This document shows positions 62,165 to 64,000 of a stretch of 64,000 nucleotides of DNA, one piece after another. Made by a program: the position numbers and the translations under genes. The notes beneath the pieces are model-generated. The model saw only the letters and a program-made list of their open reading frames with translations. It searched no databases and was not told the origin of the DNA. The stretch is from Alphaproteobacteria bacterium. GTDB taxonomy: Bacteria; Pseudomonadota; Alphaproteobacteria; Rs-D84. The stretch's first letter is position 1, and every line of letters starts with the position of its first letter. Location of the stretch: the NCBI GenBank assembly GCA_017409215.1, contig JAFQTD010000029.1, positions 64,106 through 128,105 of the forward strand, given 5' to 3'.

Positions 62165-63283
62165 ATGGAATTTTCAGTGTTTCGTCAGGTCTTGATTCGT
62201 GCGCTGGGACATATGCAGTCGATTGTTGAAAAGCGTGCGACGTTGCCGATATTGATGAATGTTAAATTAGAAGTTGCAGATGATTTGGTTTTGTCTGCGA
62301 CAAATGTTGACTTGGAATTAGTTGAACATGTCGTGGCTGATATTACTTTGGCGGGTAAGACAACAGTTCCTGTGCAAATGTTGTATGATATCGTCAGAAA
62401 ATTGCCAGATGATGCAGAAATTACTTTTAAGCAATCGGGTGACCAATTGGTTGTATCAAGTGGTCGTGCAGTATTTCGTTTGCCAACATTGCCGGCAGAA
62501 AATTTCCCAGCAATGGCGGGCAGTAATTTGACGACCAAGTTCCAGATGACAACTGGTGATTTGGCGCACTTGATTAATCAGACGAAGTTCGCAATTCCGA
62601 CCGATGATGTGCGTTATCATTTAGGGGGGATTTACTTCCATATTTCTGACGAAAACGATGAAAAGAAATTAACAGCGGTTGCAACTGATGCACAACGTAT
62701 GGCATTGTGTGCGATGCCAGCACCAGCAGGCAGTCTGGAAATGCCATCTGTAATCTTGCCAAGACGTGTGATTGGCGAATTATCTAAATTACTAGAAGAC
62801 GCAAATGTAGATGATGTTTTGGTTGAATTGTCTGATACCAAGGCGCGTTTTACAGTGGGCAGTGCGATTCTGACCAGCAAGTTGGTTGATGCGCAGTATC
62901 CTAATTATCGTGTGGTTATTCCAAAGGGTAATGATAAAATTGCAATTTTGGACAGAAAGCAGTTTATTAATGCGGTTGACTTGGTTTCGGTTGCAAGTGT
63001 TGATAAAACAAAGTCTGTGCAATTAACATTCAGTATGAATAAGCTGGTTATAAACGCGTCCAGTCCAGATGCGGGTACCGCAACGCAGGAATTGGATATT
63101 GAATATAATGGCGACGCATCATTTACGGTTGTCTTTAACGTAAAGTTCTTGTTAGATGTTGCGGGTCAGGTCGAAGGTGAGAAATTCCAGATGGAAATGC
63201 AAGATCCATTGGCGCCAACGAAAATCAATTCAATCGACAAGGATACGGATGCGATTTATGTTTTAATGCCAATGCGCATGTAA
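62165..63283 (+). CDS. dnaN: DNA polymerase III beta sliding clamp
   Basis: 372 aa with the three-domain clamp pattern (RATLPILMNVKL, FPTLPAENFP, RYHLGGIYF, YPNYRVVIP, PMRM terminus). Confidence 0.9.
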   Translation: MEFSVFRQVLIRALGHMQSIVEKRATLPILMNVKLEVADDLVLSATNVDLELVEHVVADITLAGKTTVPVQMLYDIVRKLPDDAEITFKQSGDQLVVSSGRAVFRLPTLPAENFPAMAGSNLTTKFQMTTGDLAHLINQTKFAIPTDDVRYHLGGIYFHISDENDEKKLTAVATDAQRMALCAMPAPAGSLEMPSVILPRRVIGELSKLLEDANVDDVLVELSDTKARFTVGSAILTSKLVDAQYPNYRVVIPKGNDKIAILDRKQFINAVDLVSVASVDKTKSVQLTFSMNKLVINASSPDAGTATQELDIEYNGDASFTVVFNVKFLLDVAGQVEGEKFQMEMQDPLAPTKINSIDKDTDAIYVLMPMRM

Positions 63284-63480
63284 AAAAATTAAATATAATG
63301 GTCTATCTAAACGCGGTGCCGGAAACTCATGTATCTTTTGTACACATCGTTTCCGGCACTGCGTTTATCTAAACCATTCTATTTAATTTTTACCGCACTG
63401 CAAGGGGCGGTGTGGCTTATGTATCTTTTGTACACTGCGTTGTCGGGATTGATTTTATCTAAATCATTATAATTAATTTT
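63284..63480 (+). repeat. one intact and one chimeric DR-hairpin-DR element
   Basis: Copy 1 (63286-63390) is nearly identical to the dnaA-associated copy. Copy 2 (63391-63480) has the conserved loop, but its left arm (GGCGGTGTGGC) does not pair with its right arm (TGCGTTGTCGGGATTGA). Confidence 0.8.
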
Positions 63481-64000
63481 GCCGCAAGGCAAGGGGGGGG
63501 AATAAGTCCCTGCGGGGCAATGGATACCCGCCTGGAATCACCCACAAAAATTTATAATTTTTGCGGGGCCCGATACGGGTATGACGATGAACGAATGCGA
63601 TACGGGTATGACGATGAACGAGGAAAGGGGGGCAGGTGATGGTTGGGGTGATAGTAAGTTGTTAAAACTTTATGTTGTAATGGGCAAATAAATTATTTGA
63701 ACTGTTGTTTATTCTTAGTTTTATTAAAAACGCTCGTCATTCCCGCGCAGGCGGGAATCTACTGCCCCGCAGGGATACTGATAGTGGCGTTTTTTAATTT
63801 TTAGGAAATCCTAGATTAAAATTTTGTGTGACGCGAAAAGCCACATCGATGATAAAGAGCCAAGGATTTATAATTTTTGCGGGGTGTGAAAAATTCACAA
63901 AATAAGTCCCTGCGGGGTAATGGATTCCCGCCTGGAATCACCCACAAAAATTTGTAATTTTTGCGGGGCCCGATACGGGAATGACGAAGAACGAGGACGG
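63481..64000 (+). repeat. REP-like composite array, truncated by the window end
   Basis: About 85-nt near-identical direct repeats at 63501-63585 and 63901-63985 bracket an inverted unit CGTCATTCCCGCGCAGGCGGGAATC...CCCCGCAGGGA (63737-63780). Several GATACGGGxATGACGA units are also present. Confidence 0.8.

Overview
This is a 64-kb chromosomal segment from an AT-rich, streamlined diderm bacterium. The protein signatures look proteobacterial, most like Alphaproteobacteria, but the taxon cannot be fixed without database searches. I support about 55 CDS and one tRNA-Pro(CGG). All product names come from motif recognition by eye, because no BLAST, HMM or Rfam search could be run.

The backbone is housekeeping: gatC, ruvX, sufB/sufC, rpsT, plsY, dprA, dnaA, yebC, ruvA, mnmE, recA, typA, serS, trxB, aspS, uvrB, tsaE, parE, dnaJ, pgsA, uvrC, an RluC-like synthase, dnaN and two AsmA-like proteins. 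Most convergent or terminal genes end in clean Rho-independent hairpins.

Five kinds of accessory or unusual content stand out.
1. The best candidate for something undescribed is a surface-protein locus at 39.7-49.6 kb. It holds a 295-aa secreted protein, a 913-aa coiled-coil protein with four 360-bp tandem repeats, and a roughly 1105-aa protein with about 40 Cys in heptad-like spacing. These three share sequence modules: an SGRxM motif near the mature N-terminus, a four-Cys domain followed by a glycine zipper, and a C-terminal I-x-C-[YF]-[VI]-G...YGD tail. Two beta-barrel OMP genes run co-directionally with the Cys-rich gene, and a further paralogue of the small protein sits at 10.2-11.0 kb.
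2. A structured repeat lies directly after the stop codons of four plus-strand genes (pilN-like, dnaA, the coiled-coil gene and dnaN). It consists of a TATCTAAA direct repeat, a hairpin, and a second TATCTAAA. The hairpin loop (TTATGTAnCnTTTGTACAC) and the flanks are conserved, while the stems differ completely between copies yet stay complementary. REP-like arrays follow it in the same order at each locus; these are the repeats that translate into spurious RGND / IPAQAGI peptides.
3. Type IVb pilus parts are dispersed: a TcpQ/PilL-like protein and a PilN-like lipoprotein secretin at 5.9-8.7 kb, and a pilin-like gene at 58.5 kb.
4. An eight-gene glycosyltransferase island lies between recA and typA.
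5. A very AT-rich islet carrying an ADP-ribosylglycohydrolase gene sits next to tRNA-Pro.

No rRNA genes, CRISPR arrays, transposases or integrases were seen.
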